Virus record (IMG/VR): IMGVR_UViG_3300045988_082433
DNA: 33,862 bases
DNA from: a virus
Strand: one strand, 5' to 3'
Shown here: in pieces, positions 23,805 through 31,138 of the stretch
Numbering within the stretch: the stretch's first letter is position 1
Layout: each line of letters starts with the position of its first letter
The notes under the pieces: generated by a model
The model's database searches: none
Told to the model about the DNA's origin: nothing
Seen by the model: only the letters and a program-made list of their open reading frames with translations
Translations under genes and position numbers: made by a program

Positions 23805-24215
23805 TTATCTTCTACTTTCTATTACGAAAATGATTTCATTTATTTTTGCCTGGTTTGCTTCATTGCTTACACAACGCACAATTCTGTCTTTTCCGTCTGC
23901 CGTTGTAATTGTTATTCCAATATAGTTTCCCATTTTCTTTTCAAACCCTGTATTTTGGGATATGGCAACAATCTTGTCATACATAAGCGTTTCCGTTTTT
24001 GTTTGGCTTCCGTCCTGCTCAAAATAAAGGCACCTCTTTTCTGTTGTTGCCAATACTGCCGTTGAAAAAACTAATTTTTCCGCCTGGCCTTTGCCCTGGA
24101 TGCAATAATCAATCTTTTCTCCTGGCATCAGTGTTTTTCCGAAAACATTTTGTGCCATAACCTCTTCAATTGGTTTCTGCTCTTTTGCTTCTTTTTTCTT
24201 TCCAAAAAGTCCCAT
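23805..24215 (-). CDS. Bacterial PH-domain (YokE-like) protein
   Basis: 136 aa. The pattern LMPGEKIDYCIQGK...STAVLATTEKRCLYFEQ...YDKIVAIS...ITITTADG resembles bacterial PH/GRAM-like folds. Divergent from the repressor gene. Confidence 0.5.
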   Translation of the reverse strand: MGLFGKKKEAKEQKPIEEVMAQNVFGKTLMPGEKIDYCIQGKGQAEKLVFSTAVLATTEKRCLYFEQDGSQTKTETLMYDKIVAISQNTGFEKKMGNYIGITITTADGKDRIVRCVSNEANQAKINEIIFVIESRR

Positions 24216-24271
24216 GGCCTATTCTCCTTTATCGTTTTTATACCCTGTCATCTAACGTCAATTAAAAAACT

Positions 24272-24341
24272 GGACTGGTATTAGTCCCATTATATCACAC
24301 CCATGCCCCTAAAATAAAGTAAAAAGGACTGGTATTAGTCC
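24272..24341. promoter_or_regulatory. Two identical 16-bp operators GGACTGGTATTAGTCC (24272-24287, 24326-24341) in the divergent switch region
   Basis: Exact repeats with dyad arms GGACT/AGTCC, 54 bp apart. Copy 1 abuts an extended -10 (TGATATAAT, minus strand, 24289-24297). Copy 2 abuts the SD of the XRE gene. Confidence 0.65.
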
Positions 24342-24356
24342 AGAAAGGGGCCGTAA

Positions 24357-24599
24357 ATGTTTCAAGTCAAAATAAAAGAAGATGAAAACAATACAATTGG
24401 CCGCAATATACGGCGAATACGCAAATCTCGCCACATGGGGCAAACCGCCTTAGTGCGTGAATTACAATTACTTGATATTGAAATCACACGGGAAGCCTTG
24501 GTAAAAATAGAACGTGGTATTCAGCACATACAACTTTCCCAGTTGCGTGGCATTCGTGATGTTCTATCTACTTCCTATGAAGAATTATTGGACGCATAG
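24357..24599 (+). CDS. XRE-family HTH repressor (CI/Cro-like)
   Basis: IGRNIRRIRKSRHMGQTALVRELQLLDIEITREALVKIERG is the canonical HTH_3 motif. It is the only plus-strand gene. Confidence 0.85.
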   Translation: MFQVKIKEDENNTIGRNIRRIRKSRHMGQTALVRELQLLDIEITREALVKIERGIQHIQLSQLRGIRDVLSTSYEELLDA

Positions 24600-24608
24600 C
24601 ATTATAAT

Positions 24609-24635
24609 AGGGCACGCCTTTTATTGACGTGCCCT
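24609..24635. terminator. Bidirectional hairpin between the convergent XRE and endolysin genes
   Basis: agggcacg-N11-cgtgccct (8-bp stem). Confidence 0.45.
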
Positions 24636-24680
24636 GTGTGACATATTCTTTTTCCTTTGACCTTTAGGAAGTGTTTCTTT

Positions 24681-25958
24681 TTATTTCAATAACTGATTTA
24701 CTTTGTTCTGTACTGCCTGGTAATCATACCCGGCGGCTTCCAGGCGTTCTTTTCTCTGTGGGTTGTTTCCCCACTTCCCGGCAATTACTTCTTTGGCTAC
24801 CTCTGCAACGCTCTTCTGTGGTTTTGCATTGCCGTTCAGTATCGCATTTACCTGGTTCTGCACCGTCTGGTAATCATACCCGGCGGCTTCCAGGCGTTCT
24901 TTTCTCTGTGGGTTGTTTCCCCACTTCCCTGCAATTACTTCTTTGGCTACCTCTACAACGCTCTTTCCAGGCTGTGTGGTCCCGGTTCCTGCTTCGCTGT
25001 CATACTTCGGCACACCATACCCACGGATATAACGGCCATTTACGGAAAGCGTGCGGCGTTCCACGGCATTGTTCTTGTTTCCCTCAATAATTGTAATGCT
25101 GCCGCCGCTTACGCTCTCCACAATGCCCACATGGTCCGGCCACCCGGTATTGTCCCCGGTTCCCGTATCGTCCCAGTCATAAAATACAATATCCCCAGGC
25201 TTCGGCGTTCTGCTGTCACTCTCCTGCCATTCTCCCAGTTTTTTGAATAATTCAATCATCTGTCCGCAACCACATTCCGTTGGAATAATGCTTGTCAGTC
25301 CACATTTAATGGCTACGGCAGAAACAAAGGTTGCACACCACGCATCTGTGTATTTTACTTTGTACCCTCTTGCAAGCGGTCTGTGGGCATTGTACACATC
25401 AATGATTTCCCTGTGCGTTCCATTTGCTTCTTTTCTTCCAATCCAGGCCCTTGCCTGGCTTAATACGGCACTTGCTTTTTTTGCCATGCTCTCTTCCCCT
25501 TTCGTATCATACTTTTGCAGATTGTGCTGTGTAACAATCCTCATGGTATTTTCAACGTATTTGCTGCTTGTTGCGTACCCGTCCGCCTTAATGGTTTTAA
25601 GGTATTCTTCCGGGTCCGTGATGCCTTTCAAATTCTGATAGCGTTTTAACTGGATAAATTCAAAATATCCTTTCACACCCTCTTCCATGTTGTCATACAC
25701 CCGGAAATTATCCTTAATTTGTGTAAGGGTTCCCGGCGTGTATTCTTCCATGGTTTTAAGGTTTACGCTCTTGCCGGTCCATTTTGTCCCACATTTCAGT
25801 CCAAAATAATTATGGTACACGGCGGCCAGTTTGCTTTCTCCCCAACCGCTTTCAAGTATTGCCTGTGCAATAATAGGGCTATGTACTTTAATCCCGTACC
25901 CGGCAGCATACTTTTTCACATATCCGGCAATTTGTTTTATAAATTCCTGTTTTTCCAT
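24681..25958 (-). CDS. Endolysin: glucosaminidase + CHAP/NlpC-like amidase + 2 x CW_7 (Cpl-7-type) wall-binding repeats
   Basis: AQAILESGWGESKLA..NYFGLK (glucosaminidase). DAWCATFVSAV..GDIVFYDW..HVGIV (Cys/His CHAP). Two copies of VAKEVIAGKWGNNPQRKERLEAAGYDYQ.VQN.VN. Confidence 0.85.
   Translation of the reverse strand: MEKQEFIKQIAGYVKKYAAGYGIKVHSPIIAQAILESGWGESKLAAVYHNYFGLKCGTKWTGKSVNLKTMEEYTPGTLTQIKDNFRVYDNMEEGVKGYFEFIQLKRYQNLKGITDPEEYLKTIKADGYATSSKYVENTMRIVTQHNLQKYDTKGEESMAKKASAVLSQARAWIGRKEANGTHREIIDVYNAHRPLARGYKVKYTDAWCATFVSAVAIKCGLTSIIPTECGCGQMIELFKKLGEWQESDSRTPKPGDIVFYDWDDTGTGDNTGWPDHVGIVESVSGGSITIIEGNKNNAVERRTLSVNGRYIRGYGVPKYDSEAGTGTTQPGKSVVEVAKEVIAGKWGNNPQRKERLEAAGYDYQTVQNQVNAILNGNAKPQKSVAEVAKEVIAGKWGNNPQRKERLEAAGYDYQAVQNKVNQLLK
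24696..24966. repeat. 150-bp-period tandem repeat encoding the two CW_7 modules
   Basis: 24717-24816 and 24867-24966 differ at 2 positions. Confidence 0.9.
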
Positions 25959-25962
25959 ACCC

Positions 25963-26199
25963 TTACGCTTCCTCTTCTGTCACTTCCACCGTTGTTTCCA
26001 CTCCGGCGTTTGCCTGGTCTGTAAGCCCCTCGCCAATGATATAGGCCACAACGGATGCCCCGGCCATAATGAGTGCCGTTACCTGTGTGGCGGTGTTCTC
26101 TGCTCCGCCAGTCGCAACAATCATCATGGAAACAAAGGATGCAACCGCCGTCCATAACTTCCGGCTTGTCAACTTTCTTACCCAATCTTTTTTTTTCAT
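25963..26199 (-). CDS. Holin (2-TM phage holin family)
   Basis: 78 aa. KKDWVRKLTSRKLWTAVASFVSMMIVATGG..ALIMAGASVVAYIIG with an acidic C-tail. Immediately upstream of the endolysin. Confidence 0.6.
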   Translation of the reverse strand: MKKKDWVRKLTSRKLWTAVASFVSMMIVATGGAENTATQVTALIMAGASVVAYIIGEGLTDQANAGVETTVEVTEEEA

Positions 26200-26228
26200 T
26201 GTGCTTTCTCCTTTCCGCTTGTCTGCTG

Positions 26229-26543
26229 TTACTCATAAAGTCCTTTTATGCCCTGTTCTGTTAAGAAGTCCTTTTGCTCATGCTTAATTTTCCGGGTGTA
26301 TTCCAGGGCGGCTTCTGTTTCCCCGTTTGCGTGTCCGTTTTTCAGTGCGGTGGCTGCCGCTTCTCCCAGGGCTATGGAAGCCATAACACTTTTAATCAAT
26401 AAGACTTCACTTTTCTGCCGCACTTTTTCTTTTTCTTCCTGTTCTCGCCTTTCTCTTTTCATCTTTTCTTCGACAAGCCAAAAACAAAAAGCGGTCACAC
26501 CGCTTGGGATGCTCATAGCAAGCAAAAGTGTTTGTAAATCCAT
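26229..26543 (-). CDS. Holin-like / lysis accessory membrane protein (N-terminal TM + charged coiled coil; BhlA/UviB-like, tentative)
   Basis: LLLAMSIPSGVTAFCFWLVEEKMKRERREQEEKEK. First gene after late-promoter-like copy 3. Confidence 0.35.
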   Translation of the reverse strand: MDLQTLLLAMSIPSGVTAFCFWLVEEKMKRERREQEEKEKVRQKSEVLLIKSVMASIALGEAAATALKNGHANGETEAALEYTRKIKHEQKDFLTEQGIKGLYE

Positions 26544-26579
26544 TTTGTTGTCCTCTCCTTTCTTTTTGCCCTTATGTGC

Positions 26580-26612
26580 ATCATACCCCTTGCCGTGTTC
26601 AAATTCTGACCC
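26580..26612 (-). promoter_or_regulatory. Late-promoter-like element copy 3 (GGGTCAGAAT-N17-TATGAT)
   Basis: Sense strand GGGTCAGAATTTGAACACGGCAAGGGGTATGAT between the RT stop and the lysis genes. Confidence 0.45.
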
Positions 26613-26627
26613 GGTTATTTCTTCACG

Positions 26628-27680
26628 CTATGCCGGAATTGCAATGCCGCTTTCCGTTTGTTCCCATTCCCAGAATAACAATTCATATTCAATGGCCTTT
26701 GTAAGGTGGTAGGTGTCAGCGTGTCCCATATGTCCTAATCTGCTTTGATATTTCTTTTCAAACTCTACACGTTCCAATTCCCCGGCTTCTAATTGTTTTA
26801 CGTTCTTCTTTAACTTCCGCACGGATGCTTTGCGAACCTTTTTATATTCCGGGTGGTGGATATATCCGCAAAAATCAATCCCGTTTCCGGCATATAAAAT
26901 GGTACTTTTGGGATTTATTTGTAACTCCATTTCTTTTTCTAAAAATTCTTCTATCCGTTTCCGCCATTCTTTCAACTGTTCCAGGTCTGCGGAAAGTATT
27001 ATAAAATCATCCATATATCTGATGTAATACTTTGCGTGTAAGGTATGCTTCACAAACTTGTCCAGTTTATTCCCATATACATTGGCAAATAACTGGCTTG
27101 TAAGATTTCCAACTGGTATTCCTACACCGTCCGGCAGTATTCCGTTTTTATCAATAATACCATCCATTAAATACAGGGCTTTCTTGTCCCCTATGTATCG
27201 CCTGTTTTCTTCTTTTAATTTATCGTGTGGAATTGATGCAAAATATTTGTGTATATCCCCTTTAAATCCATAAAGCCGCAATCCCTCTTTTATCATCAAT
27301 TCATACATCCATTGTGATAACTGTTCACTTGCTGCGTGCATCCCCTTTCCCTCACGGCAAGCATAAGAATGATAATAAAAGCCCTGTTCAAATACTGGCC
27401 CTATGATATTTACAATCATGTGCTGCACTACTCTGTCATAAAACGGCAGTGCCATGATTAACCTTTCTTTTGGTTCCCACACTTTAAATATGGTGTATGC
27501 TCCCTGGGTGTATGTAAGGTTTTTCACTTCCTCGCACGCTCTCAAAAGTTCCTCTTCCTTTGACATAGAAAAAGCCAATACTTCTTTGCTGTACCGCTTG
27601 CATTTTGCGGCCTTTCTAAAAGAAGTATTGGCATTGTCAAAGGTGTGCATTTTCTCATGTAATCCTTTAACTGTTTTCAT
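26628..27680 (-). CDS. DGR reverse transcriptase
   Basis: GIPVGNLTSQLFANVY (DGR-type motif 4), YIRYMDDFIIL (YxDD). About 350 aa, adjacent to TR and avd. The track ORF starts at TTG 27701; ATG 27680 is preferred. Confidence 0.9.
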   Translation of the reverse strand: MKTVKGLHEKMHTFDNANTSFRKAAKCKRYSKEVLAFSMSKEEELLRACEEVKNLTYTQGAYTIFKVWEPKERLIMALPFYDRVVQHMIVNIIGPVFEQGFYYHSYACREGKGMHAASEQLSQWMYELMIKEGLRLYGFKGDIHKYFASIPHDKLKEENRRYIGDKKALYLMDGIIDKNGILPDGVGIPVGNLTSQLFANVYGNKLDKFVKHTLHAKYYIRYMDDFIILSADLEQLKEWRKRIEEFLEKEMELQINPKSTILYAGNGIDFCGYIHHPEYKKVRKASVRKLKKNVKQLEAGELERVEFEKKYQSRLGHMGHADTYHLTKAIEYELLFWEWEQTESGIAIPA

Positions 27681-27844
27681 AATTGCCCTACCAATTTTCA
27701 AATACTCTTCTACTAAAAGGCGGTGCCTTTGTTATTTTGTCCAGGTGTGCCCCGGAACGGGAAAACCGTCTGACTTATCGAAAAAAAATAGATAAATCTT
27801 TGCCAGTAACAAATAATGTTTCTGTGCCTGTAATATACTGATTA

Positions 27845-27972
27845 GTCACACACGCACCACACGCCAATGTTCGTGTTCACGTTCCACGGGTAATTGTTGC
27901 AATTGACGGCCCGTGAACCGCAATACACGCCGTTGTTCCAATTGCCGCCGCCAATGAGGGCGTGCAAGCCAG
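27845..27972 (-). repeat. DGR template repeat (TR)
   Basis: 128-nt gapless match to 28489-28616 with 16 mismatches, all at TR adenines (sense). In the VR frame it contains nine AAY codons. Confidence 0.92.
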
Positions 27973-28010
27973 GAAAGGCCCGGTGCGAATTAACAGTTTC
28001 CCCATATTTC

Positions 28011-28427
28011 TTATTTATCCGGCTTCCATGTTCCGGCCTTTACCGCTTCAATTATTCCGTTTAGCGTACTTCCTATTGCTGTTATGTGTCTGCTTATGAC
28101 CTCATAACGGTGTTTGCTCATTGCTTTATAATTCATTCCCTGCAAATTCAAATCATACGAAAGCCGCACCAGGGTTTTTATAAACTGCAACTCTATATCC
28201 GCCGCATATAGGTGGCTTTTTGTTCCTGTTTTCTTGAAACGGATTAAATCCTTTAACATTTCAAATATGGCCGTCTTAATCTGCGTCTGCAATGCGAACT
28301 TTTCAAACTTTGGAAATTGTGCCAATATTGGATAAATATATAAAAGAAATTCATATGTCTTTTGGTATGCTTTCATACTTTCCATATAGGCATCAATTTG
28401 TTTTTCTGGTTTCTTTTCTGCCGCCAT
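28011..28427 (-). CDS. avd: DGR accessory variability determinant (Avd, four-helix-bundle protein)
   Basis: 138 aa. YQKTYEFLLYIYPILAQFPKFEKFALQTQIK...LVRLSY is typical of the Avd / 23S-IVS four-helix-bundle family. It lies between the target and TR. Confidence 0.85.
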   Translation of the reverse strand: MAAEKKPEKQIDAYMESMKAYQKTYEFLLYIYPILAQFPKFEKFALQTQIKTAIFEMLKDLIRFKKTGTKSHLYAADIELQFIKTLVRLSYDLNLQGMNYKAMSKHRYEVISRHITAIGSTLNGIIEAVKAGTWKPDK

Positions 28428-28447
28428 TATTCATTTTCCTTTCCATG

Positions 28448-28474
28448 TTGGGGTTGGGCTTTCGCCCACCCCAA
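28448..28474 (-). promoter_or_regulatory. GC-rich hairpin with GAAA loop just downstream of VR (DGR homing-enhancer-like)
   Basis: Sense strand TTGGGGTGGGC-GAAA-GCCCAACCCCAA forms 11 bp with one bulged A. It starts 14 nt after the VR end, between the target stop and the avd start. Confidence 0.6.
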
Positions 28475-28479
28475 CGGGA

Positions 28480-29580
28480 TTACAGACTGTCACACACGCA
28501 CCACACGCCAATGCCCGTGTCCACGCCCCACGGGCAACTGCTGCAACCGACGGCCCGTGAACCGCAACACACGCCGTAGAACCAATAGCCGCCGCCAATG
28601 AGGGCGCGCAAGCCAGTGCTTGAATACATCCACGCTTGACCGTAACCGCCGCCAAATATATCATACCAGGCACCAGATGCCGCCGTTGGGTCATGCATCA
28701 ACTCATTCAACCACTTCCAGACATTTCCCACCAGGTCGCAAATATTTAATGCACTGACAGCATTTGCAATTTTCCCCACTGCCGTTCTGGCCTTATTGGT
28801 TTTCGCTGTCCACCCATTTGCATTGGAATTGTCAAGGCCCTGTGGGCTTCCGTCTGCTGCCACTGTAAATTCCATGTAATCCGGCAACCTTTTTCCTACA
28901 CGTCTTGCACGTTCTCCGGCAATATACCAGTTAAGTCCCTCGGTTCCTGTAATCGGTGTGCTATTATACACGGACTGTAAGCCGTTGGCTCCGTCATCAC
29001 TGGAAAGGTAAATGTCCCCCCATAACGCATTTCCCAGGTAGACCATGCCGGACGGGTCGCATTTTGGACGGTGTTTTGTTGTCCATACGGAATTTGGCAG
29101 AATATCCACACGGGTATTACTTTCCCAACCGCTTCCCCTTACGGACCCGGAAGTGTTTATGGCTCTTCCGTGTTCGTCTGTATTACGCACTCTTCCATAG
29201 TGGAATCCGCCAATTTTCCTTGTATTGGTATCGTCCCAGGTTTCCCCGTCCGGGAATGTGGAATTTAAGGAAATCAAATAAACTTCATCCTGGCTGTTTG
29301 TTCCTGGGTCGCAAATATATATATAATAATCCTTTCCATGTTCAAAATCTGCCCCCTGATCCAAGTTTGCTTTTGTTAATGCTTTTTCTACTGTCTTAAA
29401 TACTGCGTTTTCTCCCACGGCAATGACGCATCCGGCCAGTACGGTAACTTCCCCCTTATTGGTGTACTGTATATACTGTTTTTCCGGGGCTACAATGTCA
29501 GAAACGGCGGCCATTTTGGCAACTGTGATTTTTGCCCTTTCATCCACCATGTTTTCATCATAAATAAATAATCTGCTCAT
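28480..29580 (-). CDS. DGR target protein with C-terminal C-type-lectin/FGE-sulfatase-like variable domain (probable receptor-binding protein)
   Basis: 366 aa. RLPDYMEF...GNVWKWLNE...GGGYW..G..CGSR....C.....W......IG.WC is the Mtd-like CLec scaffold, carrying VR. It is the last gene of the tail module. Confidence 0.85.
   Translation of the reverse strand: MSRLFIYDENMVDERAKITVAKMAAVSDIVAPEKQYIQYTNKGEVTVLAGCVIAVGENAVFKTVEKALTKANLDQGADFEHGKDYYIYICDPGTNSQDEVYLISLNSTFPDGETWDDTNTRKIGGFHYGRVRNTDEHGRAINTSGSVRGSGWESNTRVDILPNSVWTTKHRPKCDPSGMVYLGNALWGDIYLSSDDGANGLQSVYNSTPITGTEGLNWYIAGERARRVGKRLPDYMEFTVAADGSPQGLDNSNANGWTAKTNKARTAVGKIANAVSALNICDLVGNVWKWLNELMHDPTAASGAWYDIFGGGYGQAWMYSSTGLRALIGGGYWFYGVCCGSRAVGCSSCPWGVDTGIGVWCVCDSL
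28489..28616 (-). repeat. DGR variable repeat (VR), 3' end of the target gene
   Basis: See TR. It encodes LRALIGGGYWFYGVCCGSRAVGCSSCPWGVDTGIGVWCVCD and ends 6 nt before the stop codon. Confidence 0.92.
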
Positions 29581-30050
29581 TATGCCAACTCTCCTTTCAT
29601 TGCTTCCACTTCCTCTTCTGTGATGCCCAGGCGGTCATAAAATGTCACTTCTGCCGGGATGCCAATTTCTGTGCTGCCCATGTTCAGTGCCTTTGAAATA
29701 GAAAGAACGGTGTGGACAATATCATTGTTCTGTCCTGTTTCCAGGTTTTCTGCCGCTGTCTGTTCTTCTCCCGTGTCTTTATTGATATGTACGATTTTAA
29801 TTCCCTGTACAGTCGGATATACTGCCCCATTTTTAATTTTCTGCCCCTCTTCTACCTCTGCACAATACATAATGGTTACGGTCTTTCTATCCTCTGATAA
29901 TTCAATGACCGGGCACATAATCCAGTTCTGATTTTCCAGTTTTTCAACTGCTGCCAACCAATCTTCTTTTTCCAGTCGGCCACGCTTTACCAATTTGAAC
30001 GTGTTTACCAGGTCTGATTTTGTTTTGATTACTTTTGGAAATCCTTTCAT
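29580..30050 (-). CDS. Hypothetical tail-module protein
   Basis: 156-aa ORF translationally coupled (TAATG) to the DGR target gene. Confidence 0.5.
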   Translation of the reverse strand: MKGFPKVIKTKSDLVNTFKLVKRGRLEKEDWLAAVEKLENQNWIMCPVIELSEDRKTVTIMYCAEVEEGQKIKNGAVYPTVQGIKIVHINKDTGEEQTAAENLETGQNNDIVHTVLSISKALNMGSTEIGIPAEVTFYDRLGITEEEVEAMKGELA

Positions 30051-31117
30051 CTTCTCTTTTCCTCACTTTCTTTTAATAAATAGGTGCCAATATAGTTTCC
30101 TATGTAAGCCATGTTTGTTCCCTCACGCAAAGCAATGGTTATGGTGTGCATAAGGTCCGTATTGTCTGCCTTGAATTTCTTTGGTATCGCCATAACGCTT
30201 TCCATGTTGCTTTCCACGGTGTATTCCCCGGCTTCAGTAACATAAAATCCAATTCCGCTTTTCGTAACCTCTGCCGTCTGTACGGTCCCCGTTGTGGTAT
30301 TTGTAAGGGTAATGGTAATGGGCGTTGTGATGCTCTCCAAAAAATATTCCATGTACACTTTGTACGCCATGTTGTGAACTTTGGTTTTTAAATCATCAAT
30401 CTGCAACTGTAATTTCCCGGCCACATCCCCGGCAAGTTCTGTTCTCTTTTCTTCAAACCATTTGTTCCATTCTGCTGCCTGTTCATCCATAAACCCTTGC
30501 GTCAGATTTTCATACTGTTTTACAAAATTGGCGTGGTCTTTTTCCATTGCCTTTTTCTCTTCTGAAAACCATTTGCTAAACTGGGCGTTCCACTGTGAAA
30601 AGTCCAATTCTTCAAACTGGGAACCAATGAAGCCGCACACGGTATCATCCGGCCTTTCATCTGTTATGTTTGCCTGTGTAATCTCCACGGCTCCTGCCGG
30701 AATATAAATGCGTGCCAGGCTCTTTTCCTGGATAACATCATTGTTTAAAAGTTCCGGGGCCTGCGGATTGCTTGAAAAAGCCCCCTCTAAAACATAAATG
30801 CTTGGTTTTCTTTCTGTTTCGTCATTCCTTAACACAATGCGGTCAATCCTCGGAAGTGTACCGCTTGCCTGGCTTAACGTGAGGGTCAGCGGTGCCGTAT
30901 TGTGTATGGTGTGCAAATTGATGTATGCGTACCCTGTCCGGGTGCCGCCGTCCACCACCACTTCCATGCTTCCGCCTGCTGCCGTGACCTGTAAATGCCC
31001 ATAGGCCACGCCCTCTTTGTAAAACGGGGCTTTGTCCTCGTTCATATCCTGGCCGTTGTACATATGCTCTTTATCGTTTAGGTCTGTGGCATTGTAAAAA
31101 AATCCTCTAACTGCCAT
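30047..31117 (-). CDS. Putative tail fibre / baseplate structural protein
   Basis: 356 aa. The N-terminus (YNGQDMNED..FYKEGV..LQVTA..MEVVVDGG..GYAYI..LPRIDRIVLR) resembles a common phage fibre/structural N-domain. Synteny agrees. Confidence 0.45.
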   Translation of the reverse strand: MAVRGFFYNATDLNDKEHMYNGQDMNEDKAPFYKEGVAYGHLQVTAAGGSMEVVVDGGTRTGYAYINLHTIHNTAPLTLTLSQASGTLPRIDRIVLRNDETERKPSIYVLEGAFSSNPQAPELLNNDVIQEKSLARIYIPAGAVEITQANITDERPDDTVCGFIGSQFEELDFSQWNAQFSKWFSEEKKAMEKDHANFVKQYENLTQGFMDEQAAEWNKWFEEKRTELAGDVAGKLQLQIDDLKTKVHNMAYKVYMEYFLESITTPITITLTNTTTGTVQTAEVTKSGIGFYVTEAGEYTVESNMESVMAIPKKFKADNTDLMHTITIALREGTNMAYIGNYIGTYLLKESEEKRR

Positions 31118-31138
31118 GGTCTTTTCTCTCCTTTCCGT

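Noticed and set aside
27781-27788. The A8 run (U8 in sense) in the TR-RT spacer considered as a terminator splitting the DGR transcript.
   Set aside because: No GC-rich stem precedes it; only a 5-bp TTATC/GATAA pairing is available. DGR RNAs normally run from TR into the RT region.
27845-28616. The TR/VR pair considered as a CRISPR-like or simple duplicated repeat, and a search for a second remote VR.
   Set aside because: There are only two copies, 128 nt long, with A-specific divergence and flanking avd/RT, so this is a DGR and not a CRISPR array. By eye I found no third copy of the invariant gtcacacacgcaccacacgcc end elsewhere in the window.
28431-28694. Minus-strand ORF overlapping the VR region in another frame. 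Likewise 13161..13577, 6622..6846, 14478..14750, 19683..19874, 25937..26236 and the upstream part of 19140..19421.
   Set aside because: These are alternative-frame ORFs nested inside better-supported genes. Their compositionally biased (R/G-rich) translations are typical of off-frame reading.
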